A stretch of DNA of 32,000 nt, taken from Okeania sp. Its GTDB lineage: Bacteria; Cyanobacteriota; Cyanobacteriia; Cyanobacteriales; Microcoleaceae. The stretch spans positions 1-32,000 of the forward strand of contig NZ_JAYKGW010000224.1 in the NCBI RefSeq assembly GCF_035285525.1, given 5' to 3'. This document shows, piece after piece, positions 7,311 to 16,099 of the stretch (position 1 is the first letter of the stretch; the number at the start of each line of letters is the position of its first letter). The position numbers were made by a program, and so were the translations under genes. The notes beneath the pieces are model-generated. The model saw only the letters and a list, made by a program, of their open reading frames with translations. It was not told the DNA's origin and did not search any database.

Positions 7311-9302
7311 ATGAACAATTTATCTAACTATTTTATCGCTCAAACTAAAGGAGAATTAAGCAATTTATTAAATCCATTTCAATCAGGTACTTTACCTCTA
7401 GATGAATGGGTTAATAATTCTGTGAATTTTCTAGTTGATAACTTTCGTCCTCTATTTCAAGCTATCAGTTTACCAATTAGCAAAACTCTAGAAATAGTAG
7501 AATCAACTTTTTTAGCAATTCCACCTTCAATTTTTTTAATAATAATTGCCATTCTAGTTTGGCAACTAGCTGGTAGAAAAATAGCTATTTATGCTTTGAT
7601 ATCTCTTAGTATTATCGGTTTTTGTGGTGCTTGGGAAGCAGCAATGATTTCCCTATCCTTAATACTAACATCCGTAATATTCTGTATGTTAGTCGGTATC
7701 CCTTTAGGTATTGCCTGCGCCGTCAGCGATCGCTTCAATAATATATTGCGTCCTCTTCTCGACGCGATGCAAACTCTTCCCACCTTCGTTTACTTAGTAC
7801 CTGTAGTAATGCTATTTGGAATAGGGGAAGTTTCTGGTATAATAGCAACCTTTGTATTTGCCGTTCCACCTTTAATTCGTCTGACCAATCTTGGTATTAG
7901 ACAAGTATCCCCAGAAGCAGTAGAAGCTGCCCATGCTTTTGGTTCAACTCCTGGACAAGTATTATTAGAAGTGCAAGTTCCTTTAGCATTACCTACCATA
8001 CTTGCTGGAGTAAATCAAGCCATTTTATTAGCTTTATCAATGTCAGTAGTCACCTCAATGATTGGAGTAGAGGGATTAGGACAAATGGTATTACAAGGTT
8101 TAGGGCGTTTGAATGTGGGATTAGCTGCCGTAGGAGGATTAGGTATTGTATTGATTGCAGTAATGCTTGACCGCATTACTCAAAGTATAAATAAAGGCAA
8201 TGTTCAGTCTTGGCAAAACCGTGGTTTAATTGGATGGTGGCGCTCTCGTAACTTGTCGAAACGCGCTCAAGTAACTGTAGGAATAAGTTGTGTAGTTGCT
8301 TTGCTAGTTGGGGTAACAAGTTGGCAATTAATATCTCAGACAAATACCAGATTAACTGAAACTTCATTACCAGGAAAAGGAATAGTAGTACGTCCAACTT
8401 ATGGTTTAGAAAGCTATGGTGAATTTGTCACAGACATTGTGAGTATTGGACTAGAAAAATTAGGATATGAAGTGAAAGGTCAAAAGCAACTAAATGTTCC
8501 AGCAATGCATATTGCTGTTAGTAATGGAGATTTAGATTTTGCGGGAACTCATTGGGAAGTTGCTCACCAAGAATTTTTTGACAGTAATGGTGGAGAAGAA
8601 AAATTAGAACGTTTAGGAACTCTTATTTCTCATTCTACTTTGGGATATGAAATAGATAAAAAAACTGCCGAAGAATACAATATTACTAATTTATCTCAAC
8701 TTCAAGATCCAAAAATTGCTCAACTTTTTGATTCTGATAATGATGGTAAAGCAAACTTAATTGGTTGTACTGCTGGTTGGATGTGCGAAAGAGTTATTAA
8801 TCATCATTTACAAGTTTACGGACTTGAGGATACTGTTGAGCAAGTTGAAGGTGATTATTCTGCCTTGTTAGCAGATACTTTAGGTCGTTATCGTGAAGGT
8901 AAACCTATTCTATATTTTGCTTGGCAACCCCATTGGTTTAATTTTGTTTTAAAAGAAGGGGAAGATGTAGAATTTTTGAGTGTTCCTTTTACATCGTTAT
9001 TAGGAAATATGGGCAATTTGACAGCAAAAGATACTTCATTAAATGGTAAAAATTTGGGTTTTCCTATTGATAATGTTAGGATATTAGCTAATAAGAAATT
9101 TTTGCAGGACAACCCAGTTGCGGAACGTTTATTTGAACAAATTGAAATTCCTATAAAAGACATTAATATTGAACAAGAAAAAGTTAAAAATGGGGAGAAT
9201 AAACCTGTAGATATTCGCCATCATGCTAAAGAATGGATTGCTAGTCATCAACAATTATTTGATAATTGGTTAGAGATAGCATCATTAGTTAATAATGGAT
9301 AA
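7311..9302 (+). CDS. Fused ABC permease + substrate-binding protein for quaternary amines (OpuABC-like), paralogue 2
   Basis: Collinear with 3493-5466 over the full length, with the same EAA loop, anchor helix and Trp motifs THWE, GWMCE, AWQPHW. I prefer ATG 7311 (AGGAGA at 7287-7292). The ORF track starts at TTG 7305. Confidence 0.88.
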   Translation: MNNLSNYFIAQTKGELSNLLNPFQSGTLPLDEWVNNSVNFLVDNFRPLFQAISLPISKTLEIVESTFLAIPPSIFLIIIAILVWQLAGRKIAIYALISLSIIGFCGAWEAAMISLSLILTSVIFCMLVGIPLGIACAVSDRFNNILRPLLDAMQTLPTFVYLVPVVMLFGIGEVSGIIATFVFAVPPLIRLTNLGIRQVSPEAVEAAHAFGSTPGQVLLEVQVPLALPTILAGVNQAILLALSMSVVTSMIGVEGLGQMVLQGLGRLNVGLAAVGGLGIVLIAVMLDRITQSINKGNVQSWQNRGLIGWWRSRNLSKRAQVTVGISCVVALLVGVTSWQLISQTNTRLTETSLPGKGIVVRPTYGLESYGEFVTDIVSIGLEKLGYEVKGQKQLNVPAMHIAVSNGDLDFAGTHWEVAHQEFFDSNGGEEKLERLGTLISHSTLGYEIDKKTAEEYNITNLSQLQDPKIAQLFDSDNDGKANLIGCTAGWMCERVINHHLQVYGLEDTVEQVEGDYSALLADTLGRYREGKPILYFAWQPHWFNFVLKEGEDVEFLSVPFTSLLGNMGNLTAKDTSLNGKNLGFPIDNVRILANKKFLQDNPVAERLFEQIEIPIKDINIEQEKVKNGENKPVDIRHHAKEWIASHQQLFDNWLEIASLVNNG

Positions 9303-9331
9303 TTAATAATTAATAATTAATAATGAATAAT
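9301..9331. repeat. Heptamer tandem repeat (AATTAAT-type), STRR-like, directly after the stop codon
   Basis: Direct reading. It is the same repeat type as at 5461-5493. Confidence 0.85.
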
Positions 9332-9555
9332 AGAAATACGGAGCGCGGTAAATCTCAGAAACCCGGTTTCTAGGTTTTGAGTAGTAAGTATTGAATGGTT
9401 AACTATTAGACATCTTCAGAAACTAAAATTTGCACAAGGAACTATTGTGGTTTAAAATTAACTTTTTGAAATGTCTATCTTTTTCCCTTTTGTTTAATTT
9501 ACCCCTTCTTATTTCCTCCTTCTTATTTCCTCCTTCTGACTTCTTACTTCTTTCT

Positions 9556-10524
9556 TTAAATCTGAATTACACCTGCATCAAAAACACGATTCCAAATATT
9601 AATACCCCTAACAATTAAACGGTCTTCATAAACATCAAATGCAGCAAAACTAAAATTCTCCGTAGAATATTCAGTCCACTCAGATCTACCTACAGGACGT
9701 TGTTTTGCTCCAGCACCAGAGATTAAATAAGTAGTACCATTAATTGGGCGAGTTCTTTCATAATTATGTTCATGTCCGTTAATATAAAGTTGCACCTTAT
9801 GTTTCTTAAATAAGGGAGTTAATGTACTAATAAGTTTTTGACTTGAGCCATACTTTCCAGAAGAATAAATTGGATGATGAGCAAATACTATTTTCCAGGG
9901 TGCTTTACTATTACTCAATTCTTTTTCTAGCCAATTTAATTGCACTTCCCAATCTTCTTTTTTAGCATTAGTATCTAAGGCAAAAAATTGAATTGGTTGA
10001 TACTCAAAAGTATAGTATCTTCCTGCCATATTAAAATTTGGATATTTTACTTGCGGCTCTCCATTATCAGTCCGAACATCATGGTTGCCTAAACAAGCAT
10101 AAAATTTCACTTTATTTTCTAGTAAATACTCGTATGGCTTCTCAAAAACATCATTAATTTTTTCAATTTCTCCATTTGGATAGATATTATCACCAGCAAG
10201 AACTACAAAACCAAAAGGAAATTTTGAATGATAGTGTTTCATAGCTCTAGCTACAGAATATTGAGGCATCTTTCCTGTACCAGTATCGGCAACAGAAACA
10301 AACCGAAAAATAGGAGCGGTTTTGGGATAGGAAATATCGCTTTTTACAGTTTGAGTAGAAAGAAGATTGTTTAGTTCTTTTTTATGAAATAAAAATTCTT
10401 TTAATTCTCCTAATTGTTTTCTAAAAAAACGCAGTTTCCGTATATTAAATGAAAATACTATACCTGCAAAAGTAATGCCACCCAGACCAGCTAATAATAA
10501 TAATCGACGACGTTTCATATTCAT
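9556..10524 (-). CDS. Exported/anchored metallophosphoesterase (purple-acid-phosphatase-like)
   Basis: Calcineurin-like phosphoesterase motifs in order: DTGTG, GDNIYPNG, GNHD, HHP, GHEHNYER. The N-terminus KRRRLLLLAGLGGITFAG looks like a Tat-type signal or an anchor. Confidence 0.85.
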   Translation of the reverse strand: MNMKRRRLLLLAGLGGITFAGIVFSFNIRKLRFFRKQLGELKEFLFHKKELNNLLSTQTVKSDISYPKTAPIFRFVSVADTGTGKMPQYSVARAMKHYHSKFPFGFVVLAGDNIYPNGEIEKINDVFEKPYEYLLENKVKFYACLGNHDVRTDNGEPQVKYPNFNMAGRYYTFEYQPIQFFALDTNAKKEDWEVQLNWLEKELSNSKAPWKIVFAHHPIYSSGKYGSSQKLISTLTPLFKKHKVQLYINGHEHNYERTRPINGTTYLISGAGAKQRPVGRSEWTEYSTENFSFAAFDVYEDRLIVRGINIWNRVFDAGVIQI

Positions 10525-10612
10525 AAGGCAATTTCCTAACTTATGAGATACTTAGTGTTAATAATTTTAGGTTCTATAAAAAATAAGTCATTTCAATTAT
10601 AACAATTATAAA

Positions 10613-10810
10613 TAGGGATTACTGATTAAATATAAAAGTCTTTACAGATAAAGTTTATAGCCTTTTTAAATCCCAAAAAAGTGCAACTTTTCCAGCTAAA
10701 ATAGCCAAAAAGTTAATATTTTAGGCAGACCAAAGGTAGAAAAATCAAGGAAAAATTATTCTTTCTAACGTCTTTGTCTTCCCACACTTAGCTTTTTTCA
10801 GCAAACCCTA
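10613..10810. mobile_element. MITE-like repeat, family A, shorter variant
   Basis: Starts TAGGGATTACTGATTAAAT and ends TTTTTCAGCAAACCCTA. The internal segments (…AAAATCAAGGAAAAATTATTCT…) match 5500-5744. Confidence 0.6.
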
Positions 10811-11041
10811 ATTACCCCAAAATTCTTACTTTTTCCCCTCCATCAACTGAAAAAATCGTACTTTTAGGGTTCCCGATAAATCAGTACCTAAAATTATTCA
10901 AACCTTTATCTATTAAATGCTTCTATATTTAATCAGCAAACCCTGAATAGGTTGTCACAAATCAAAAACTAGAAATAAACTCCGAAAATCTTACCCCTTC
11001 CTATTGCCTATTCCCGAAAAGCAGCAAGCTTCTTATACACA

Positions 11042-11134
11042 CAGGACTTACACAGATACCACATATATAACGTTTAAAACTCCATGCCCATGGAGTTTTT
11101 TAACTCTATACATAGCACCTTTGCATTAGTCCTG
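11042..11134. mobile_element. MITE-like repeat, family B (TIR CAGGACTTAC…/…TAGTCCTG) carrying a hairpin
   Basis: The ends CAGGACTTACACA … TGCATTAGTCCTG are inverted. The same termini occur at 19269-19389 and 21861-21978. Confidence 0.55.
11076..11101 (-). terminator. Hairpin with flanking T/A runs; possible terminator downstream of the CpcS gene
   Basis: AAAACTCCATG-CC-CATGGAGTTTT, followed by T-runs on both strands, ~145 nt downstream of the minus-strand stop at 11247. It lies inside a MITE, so function is uncertain. Confidence 0.3.
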
Positions 11135-11246
11135 ACACAAATAAAATATGATTGCTATATCAGTTATCAATAAACCAATTCAAACAACCAAATAAAATAT
11201 CGAGCTATAGAACCATACCTTCCCTTTTCTTTCTTCCTTGCTTCCC

Positions 11247-11831
11247 TCAAACTCTAGCAAGATTATTTTGAACCATTTCCTCTAATTGTTTACGAGTCAG
11301 ACAACGACGTTCAGAACAATAAGCCATTAAATTAACACCATTCATCATTCTTACCGTACTAACTCTAACCCGAAAATCATCAGTCAAAAACCAACAACGT
11401 TCTTGTCCTTGATTTCTTTCATATTCTGTATCAATAGTCAAGACTCCATCAGCAGCAAAATGATACCTACCCACCACCGGAATACCCTCAACATAACCAC
11501 GGTTACGCAAAAATTTTCCACTTCTACCAATTTCAGAACTTGGAATATCAACTAAAATAGCAGCATAATTTGGATTAGGTTCATCATCATTATCTAAATT
11601 ATCTTGCCAATTAAAACTTGCACCACCCCTTGCTAAAGCTGGATTTACTTTTTGCTCTTCACAAACGGCGATAACTTTAGGGTCATCTTTTGCTAAAACT
11701 TTGACAATTAAATTAGATTCTCCCGACTCATCAGGAGCAGAATCAAAATGATGAACAGTACGTTGAGAAAACCATGTTCCCTCACTTTTAATAAAAAAAT
11801 CCATCATTGTCATTGGTGGTGTTAATTTCAT
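11247..11831 (-). CDS. cpcS: Phycobiliprotein chromophore lyase, CpcS/CpeS family
   Basis: The N-terminus MDFFIKSEGTWFSQRTVHHF and later blocks (GGASFNWQ, GKFLRNRGYVEGIPVVGRYHFAADGVLTIDTEYE, ERCWF, RVRVSTV, AYCSERR) match the CpcS/CpcU/CpeS pattern as I recall it. GAGG precedes the ATG. The clade (S versus U) is not resolved. Confidence 0.8.
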   Translation of the reverse strand: MKLTPPMTMMDFFIKSEGTWFSQRTVHHFDSAPDESGESNLIVKVLAKDDPKVIAVCEEQKVNPALARGGASFNWQDNLDNDDEPNPNYAAILVDIPSSEIGRSGKFLRNRGYVEGIPVVGRYHFAADGVLTIDTEYERNQGQERCWFLTDDFRVRVSTVRMMNGVNLMAYCSERRCLTRKQLEEMVQNNLARV

Positions 11832-12262
11832 TTTTTTTACCTCTAAAATTTTGTTAATTAACTAGCTCTTAGCTTTTAGCATTTAGCTATCAACTCTTAG
11901 TAGCTCTAAATTAAAATTATTTACTTCTAAAAGTAAAATTTTCTTCTCAAAAATAATCTAGTTCCTCAATCAGTGCTTTTTTAGGAATATGCCCCAGATT
12001 TTTAGTTAAGAAAAATCAACAAAAATATAGTTGATAATCATAACATTATAAGATAAATCAAATGGAGACTTTATAAATAGATAATTAACAAATCTATATA
12101 TAGAATCCTAAATAGATTGTGAAATTTTCTCCTAGAAGTTTGGTTTCCTAACCTAATTTTTCCTTGGGTTTGGAAATAAAACGGCTACATTTTTTGTCAT
12201 AAATCATTTACGATTGCTATATACACAATTCCATTGTAAATACTAAATTATCTCTAGCTAAA

Positions 12263-13096
12263 ATGCAGTTTCAATCAGCAACAGAAATTATTCAAGCTTA
12301 TCAGCAAAACCCAAATCTTATTGGTAGTAATTTACAAGGTATAGACATTAGTGAAATTGAACTATATCAAATTAATCTCAGTCAAAGCAATTTACAACAA
12401 GCTAACTTAAATAATACTATTCTCATCGGAGCTAACTTCAGTCAAACTAACTTGAGTGGAGCAAATCTCAAAGGTGCCGATTTACGGAGAGCAAATCTTC
12501 AGGGTGCAAACTTGACTGGAGCAGATTTAACTAATACTTATTTGAATCGAGCTGAACTGCAAAATTCTAATTTTACTAATGCTAATTTAGAAGGTGCAAA
12601 ACTTCAAGTAGCATATTACGATAGTGCTACTATTTGGCCAGAAGGATTTGCTTATAAATCGTCAGGAGCAGTTGGACCTGGGGCTAATTTAACTGGAGCT
12701 TTCTTAAATACAGCTTACCTCAGAGGTGCTGACTTACGCGGTGCAAATTTGCGGGGTTCTTATTTGAGTGGTGCAGATTTGCGTGGTGCTAATTTAGAAG
12801 GTGCAGCTTTGAGTGGAGCAAATATGAAAGGAGCTTTTTTGATAGGTGCAAATTTGCGTCATGCTCGACTCAATGCTGTAGAGTTGGATGGAGCAGATTT
12901 ACGAGCTGCTGATTTAACCGGGGCAAGTTTGGATAATATTCTTAGTATTGCTGGAGTTGATTTTACTTTAGTCCAAGGATTGAGTGATGATACCAGAGCT
13001 ATGTTATCTGGATATTCAGGCAAAGATTTGGGGACTTGGAATTCTTTTAGTCGGACTAATACTCAGAATAGTTTATTATCTCACATAACGGCTTAA
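12263..13096 (+). CDS. Pentapeptide-repeat protein
   Basis: Two long blocks of A(N/D)LxG pentapeptides, e.g. ANLKGADLRRANLQGANLTGADL and ADLRGANLRGSYLSGADLRGANLEGAALSGANMKGAFLIGANL. Confidence 0.9.
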   Translation: MQFQSATEIIQAYQQNPNLIGSNLQGIDISEIELYQINLSQSNLQQANLNNTILIGANFSQTNLSGANLKGADLRRANLQGANLTGADLTNTYLNRAELQNSNFTNANLEGAKLQVAYYDSATIWPEGFAYKSSGAVGPGANLTGAFLNTAYLRGADLRGANLRGSYLSGADLRGANLEGAALSGANMKGAFLIGANLRHARLNAVELDGADLRAADLTGASLDNILSIAGVDFTLVQGLSDDTRAMLSGYSGKDLGTWNSFSRTNTQNSLLSHITA

Positions 13097-13320
13097 CTTC
13101 CTGATCTGACATCGCCAGGGAATAAATTCCTTGGCTCAAAGTTAAAGTCATCTCAAGATGACGACTAATGTTATTATCTTCATTTTTTGCCGCTCAAGCG
13201 ATCGCTACTCGAACCCAGAAATCTCGTTTCTTAAAGAAATCAGGTTTCTGAGCATAAGTCCAAGTCCTGATTCATTCTCTAAAGCTCCTGAAAAAATCGC
13301 GCCTCAAAGAATATATAGGG

Positions 13321-13349
13321 TTGCATCCTCACCAAAATTCTGATACAAT
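13321..13349 (+). promoter_or_regulatory. Near-consensus sigma70-type promoter TTGCAT-17 nt-TACAAT (copy 1)
   Basis: -35 TTGCAT at 13321-13326, exactly 17 nt of spacer, -10 TACAAT at 13344-13349. No CDS lies downstream on this strand. Confidence 0.5.
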
Positions 13350-13566
13350 ATATTTAACTGGGGTTTCTCGCCTATACTCATGATTTTTTATTCAACCCAA
13401 AGAATGTATTATGGTGGGTTGCAAGAGCAATAACTGTAGATTGGGTTGAGAAACCAAAACCCAATCTACTATAACTAAAAATCCCAAAACTATAACCTTA
13501 TAGTTTCATTTTTATTTTCATTCTCTAAAGCTCCTAAAAAAAATCGCGCCTCAAAGAATATTAGGG

Positions 13567-13595
13567 TTGCATCCTCACCAAAATTCTGATACAAT
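13567..13595 (+). promoter_or_regulatory. Near-consensus sigma70-type promoter TTGCAT-17 nt-TACAAT (copy 2)
   Basis: Identical hexamers and spacing inside the second repeat copy. It points into the 3' end of the minus-strand gene 13657-14517. Confidence 0.5.
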
Positions 13596-13656
13596 ATATT
13601 TAACTGGGGTTGCTCGCCTATACGCATGATTTTTTATTCAACAAATCCATAAATTT

Positions 13657-14517
13657 TCAGCGATCGCGAGGAACAACAAACCTCATTCCTCCTTGAGCGC
13701 CTAACTCATTCTTTTCATACCGGGGGATAACATGAATATTGCAGTGCATCATTTTTTGTCCCCCGGCGCGATTAACATTTATCCCCACATTAAACCCATC
13801 AGGTTGATAGCTTTCCTGTAAAATTTCCTGTACCCGATATACCATAAACCAACATTCTAATTGTTCCTCTATAGGCAACTCAAAATAATTTGCTAAATGA
13901 CGCTTCGGAATAATTAAAGTATGTCCTTTTGTGACCGGATAACCATCAAAAATAGCATAAGCTTTTGCCGATTCTGTAATCAACTTGAGACTTTTTCGAG
14001 GATTACAAAATAAACATTTATTATCCGAATTTTTTTGCTCATTATAATGAGAATATTCATAAATTTCACACAATTTATCAGTATAAATCGACTTAAAAGG
14101 TAAATCAACCAAACACTGATAAGTTGGTTTCTTATGTACAAAATGTTCTCGAAAACCCTCCTTTTTCAAATCTCTTCTCACAGCATAATAAGCCTTTCCC
14201 CCTGACCTTAATAACTGAGAAACTTGCATCAAAACTTCAAATATAACCTTCTCAAACAAAACATTTAAAACATAAAAACAGACAATAGTATCAAAAACTC
14301 CCTGGGGATATTCAGGAAAATAATAAGGATCGTAACCAGTAATATCAAAACCTTTTTCTCGTAGTAATTTAACATCATTACCCCAACCACAACCAAAATC
14401 AAGAATCCTACCTACCAACAAATTTTTCTCTAGCATTAATTTAGCTGGAAATGAGATAAATTTACGTTCTTTAGCAGTCAGGTGACTATATTTATTTGAT
14501 TGTTTATCAGTAAACAT
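13657..14517 (-). CDS. Fusion protein: class I SAM-dependent methyltransferase (N) + HIT-family domain (C) with an atypical H-x-N-x-H triad
   Basis: N-terminal half: motif I ILDFGCGWGND, plus DITGYDP and LLRSGGKAYY. C-terminal half: CLFC, GHTLIIPKRH, GFNVGINVNRAGGQKMMHCNIHVIPR (the HIT fold pattern). Confidence 0.75.
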   Translation of the reverse strand: MFTDKQSNKYSHLTAKERKFISFPAKLMLEKNLLVGRILDFGCGWGNDVKLLREKGFDITGYDPYYFPEYPQGVFDTIVCFYVLNVLFEKVIFEVLMQVSQLLRSGGKAYYAVRRDLKKEGFREHFVHKKPTYQCLVDLPFKSIYTDKLCEIYEYSHYNEQKNSDNKCLFCNPRKSLKLITESAKAYAIFDGYPVTKGHTLIIPKRHLANYFELPIEEQLECWFMVYRVQEILQESYQPDGFNVGINVNRAGGQKMMHCNIHVIPRYEKNELGAQGGMRFVVPRDR

Positions 14518-14829
14518 TATAGAGTAAAGAATAAAGTATTATCAGAAATCGGGTTTATAGTAGATAGATGTTAATATATAAAGTATTTAATAAACCAGGT
14601 TTCTCGTTTGCTATAGCAATCCGTGCGGAGGTTGCGGGTAATCAAAAATTAAAGAAAAAAAATACAACTCTTACCTATTCCCTGTTCTCTAGTTCCCTAA
14701 AAGCAACTAAGTTTTTGACACAAATCAAATAGGATTACTACAGCAGATTTAATATAAGGTTCTTAGGTATAATGATGATTGATTTTAGGTTCAGATTATC
14801 AATACTTATATTTAATTAAAGGTTAAGCT

Positions 14830-15552
14830 ATGACTAATATTGTCAAATCTTCTCTAAATAAAGAACAAACCACTGCCTGGTTAAGAGGACTAATGACCAT
14901 TGCTTATGCAGATGGAGAACTTGATACAGCAGAAAAAGATTTATTTGACCACTTTAGTCACGAAGAATTTGCTTCAAAAATTGAAATTTCCGAACTCAAA
15001 CCTATTAGTCCAGATGATTTAGCAAAAGTATTTGGAGAAAATCCTACTCTAGCAGAAAATTTTATGAGAACTGCTGTAATGGTAGCTTTAGCAGATGGAA
15101 TTTATTCTGTGACTGAGGATGAAGTGCTTCATAAATATTGTGATGCTTTGGGATTAAAGGTTAAAGCATTAGAAGCATTGCGGAAAAATTTGGAGAAAGC
15201 TAAGGAACAAGCAGAAAATGATACTTTAGAAAGTTGGCTAGAAGAAACTGAACATATAGATAGCTCTACTATTCCCCATGACCCCGAACACCATAAAACC
15301 GTTCTTGCTCCCATCAAAGATTGGTTGGATGGGTGGGATATTCACGATCCCAAAGTGGCTCACATGGTTTGTAAGATGATTCCTGCTCAATGTCCATTTG
15401 AACGAGATGTGGTGGTTTTTGGGAAGAAGGTAGCCCACATTCCAGCGATGTGCAAGCTTAACCCAGTTTACGATCAGTTAGTTGGTCTGCGTTTTCGCGC
15501 TTTATCATATTTGGCAGATGAATGTCAAGAGGATGTTTCTAAATATTTTTAG
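14830..15552 (+). CDS. TerB-like N-terminal domain + Mo-dependent-nitrogenase C-terminal (Mo-nitro_C-like) domain protein
   Basis: Two TerB-type helices are present: AYADGELDTAEKDLF and ALADGIYSVTEDEVL. The C-terminus CKMIPAQCPFERDVVVFGKKVAHIPAMCKLNPVYDQLVGLRFRALSYLADE resembles the cyanobacterial Mo-nitro_C family as I recall it. Confidence 0.6.
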   Translation: MTNIVKSSLNKEQTTAWLRGLMTIAYADGELDTAEKDLFDHFSHEEFASKIEISELKPISPDDLAKVFGENPTLAENFMRTAVMVALADGIYSVTEDEVLHKYCDALGLKVKALEALRKNLEKAKEQAENDTLESWLEETEHIDSSTIPHDPEHHKTVLAPIKDWLDGWDIHDPKVAHMVCKMIPAQCPFERDVVVFGKKVAHIPAMCKLNPVYDQLVGLRFRALSYLADECQEDVSKYF

Positions 15553-15672
15553 TTTTTAGTTTTTAGTTTTTAGGGAATAGGGAATAGGGAATAGGTATGG
15601 AGGGAACAGGTATGGAGGGAACACTTAACTGGGAATAGGGAACACTTAACTCTTAACTGGGAATAGGGAACA
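15551..15672. repeat. Heptamer-rich array (AGTTTTT x3, AGGGAAT x3, GGGAACA, CTTAACT units); left arm of inverted pair
   Basis: Direct reading. It starts on the stop codon of the preceding CDS. Its distal part is the reverse complement of 16226-16261. Confidence 0.85.
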
Positions 15673-15705
15673 AATAGTTAAAAATTAGGAGTTAAGTAAG
15701 TAAAA

Positions 15706-15999
15706 ATGTCTGGTATTAATGATTTTAAAGATTTAAAAATTTGGCAAAACGGAATGGATATTGCCGAAAAATGCTATTTCTTGACTAAACTTTTTCCCAA
15801 AGATGAATTATATGGTATGGTGCAACAAATAAGGAGAAGCGCTGTATCTATTCCTGCTAATATAGCTGAAGGTTATGGGCGAAGATACACTGGAGAATAT
15901 TTGAGATTCTTAAACATTGCTCAAGGTTCAATTAATGAATTAGAAACACACTTAATTTTGTCTGAACGAGTAGGGTTATGTGAAAAAAAAAAGAAATAG
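15706..15999 (+). CDS. Four-helix-bundle protein (23S rRNA intervening-sequence protein family, Avd-like), C-terminally shortened
   Basis: The family pattern is DLKIWQNGMDIAEKCYFLTKLFPKDELYGMVQQIRRSAVSIPANIAEGYGR … INELETHLIL. The ORF ends in an A10 run (15983-15992). The expected C-terminal helix continues in another frame. Confidence 0.75.
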   Translation: MSGINDFKDLKIWQNGMDIAEKCYFLTKLFPKDELYGMVQQIRRSAVSIPANIAEGYGRRYTGEYLRFLNIAQGSINELETHLILSERVGLCEKKKK

Positions 16000-16099
16000 A
16001 AACAATTATTTCTCTTCTCACAGAAGAAAGCTAAGATGATTATTGATTATTGCTTTGATTAAAAAACTTGAAACTTGAAAACTGACCACAATTTCTAAT

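Larger units (their letters stand above)
13271..13642 (+). repeat. Two 126-bp direct repeats (13271-13396, 13517-13642) separated by a 120-bp hairpin-containing spacer
   Basis: Direct alignment by eye gives ~95% identity. The spacer has a perfect 12-bp stem (13436-13447 / 13458-13469) and an A/T hairpin plus T-tract (13487-13518). Confidence 0.9.

Noticed and set aside
7589-9163. Antisense ORFs inside opuABC-2 (7589-7783, 7790-7999, 8176-8397, 8888-9163); two look conserved with those in opuABC-1
   Set aside because: The apparent conservation is only a by-product of the sense-strand paralogy between the two transporter genes.
9430-9618. 62-aa ORF in the region downstream of opuABC-2
   Set aside because: It lies in CCTTCTTATTTCCT-type tandem repeats and overlaps the 3' end of the phosphoesterase gene. 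It has no start context.
13158-13343. 61-aa ORF at the start of the duplicated region, and the ~25-codon minus-strand ORFs inside each repeat copy
   Set aside because: There is no RBS, and the differences between copies are non-synonymous or change the stop position. The sequence is better explained as non-coding repeat and promoter.
15129-15438. Two antisense ORFs within the TerB/Mo-nitro_C gene
   Set aside because: Shadow ORFs inside a supported CDS.
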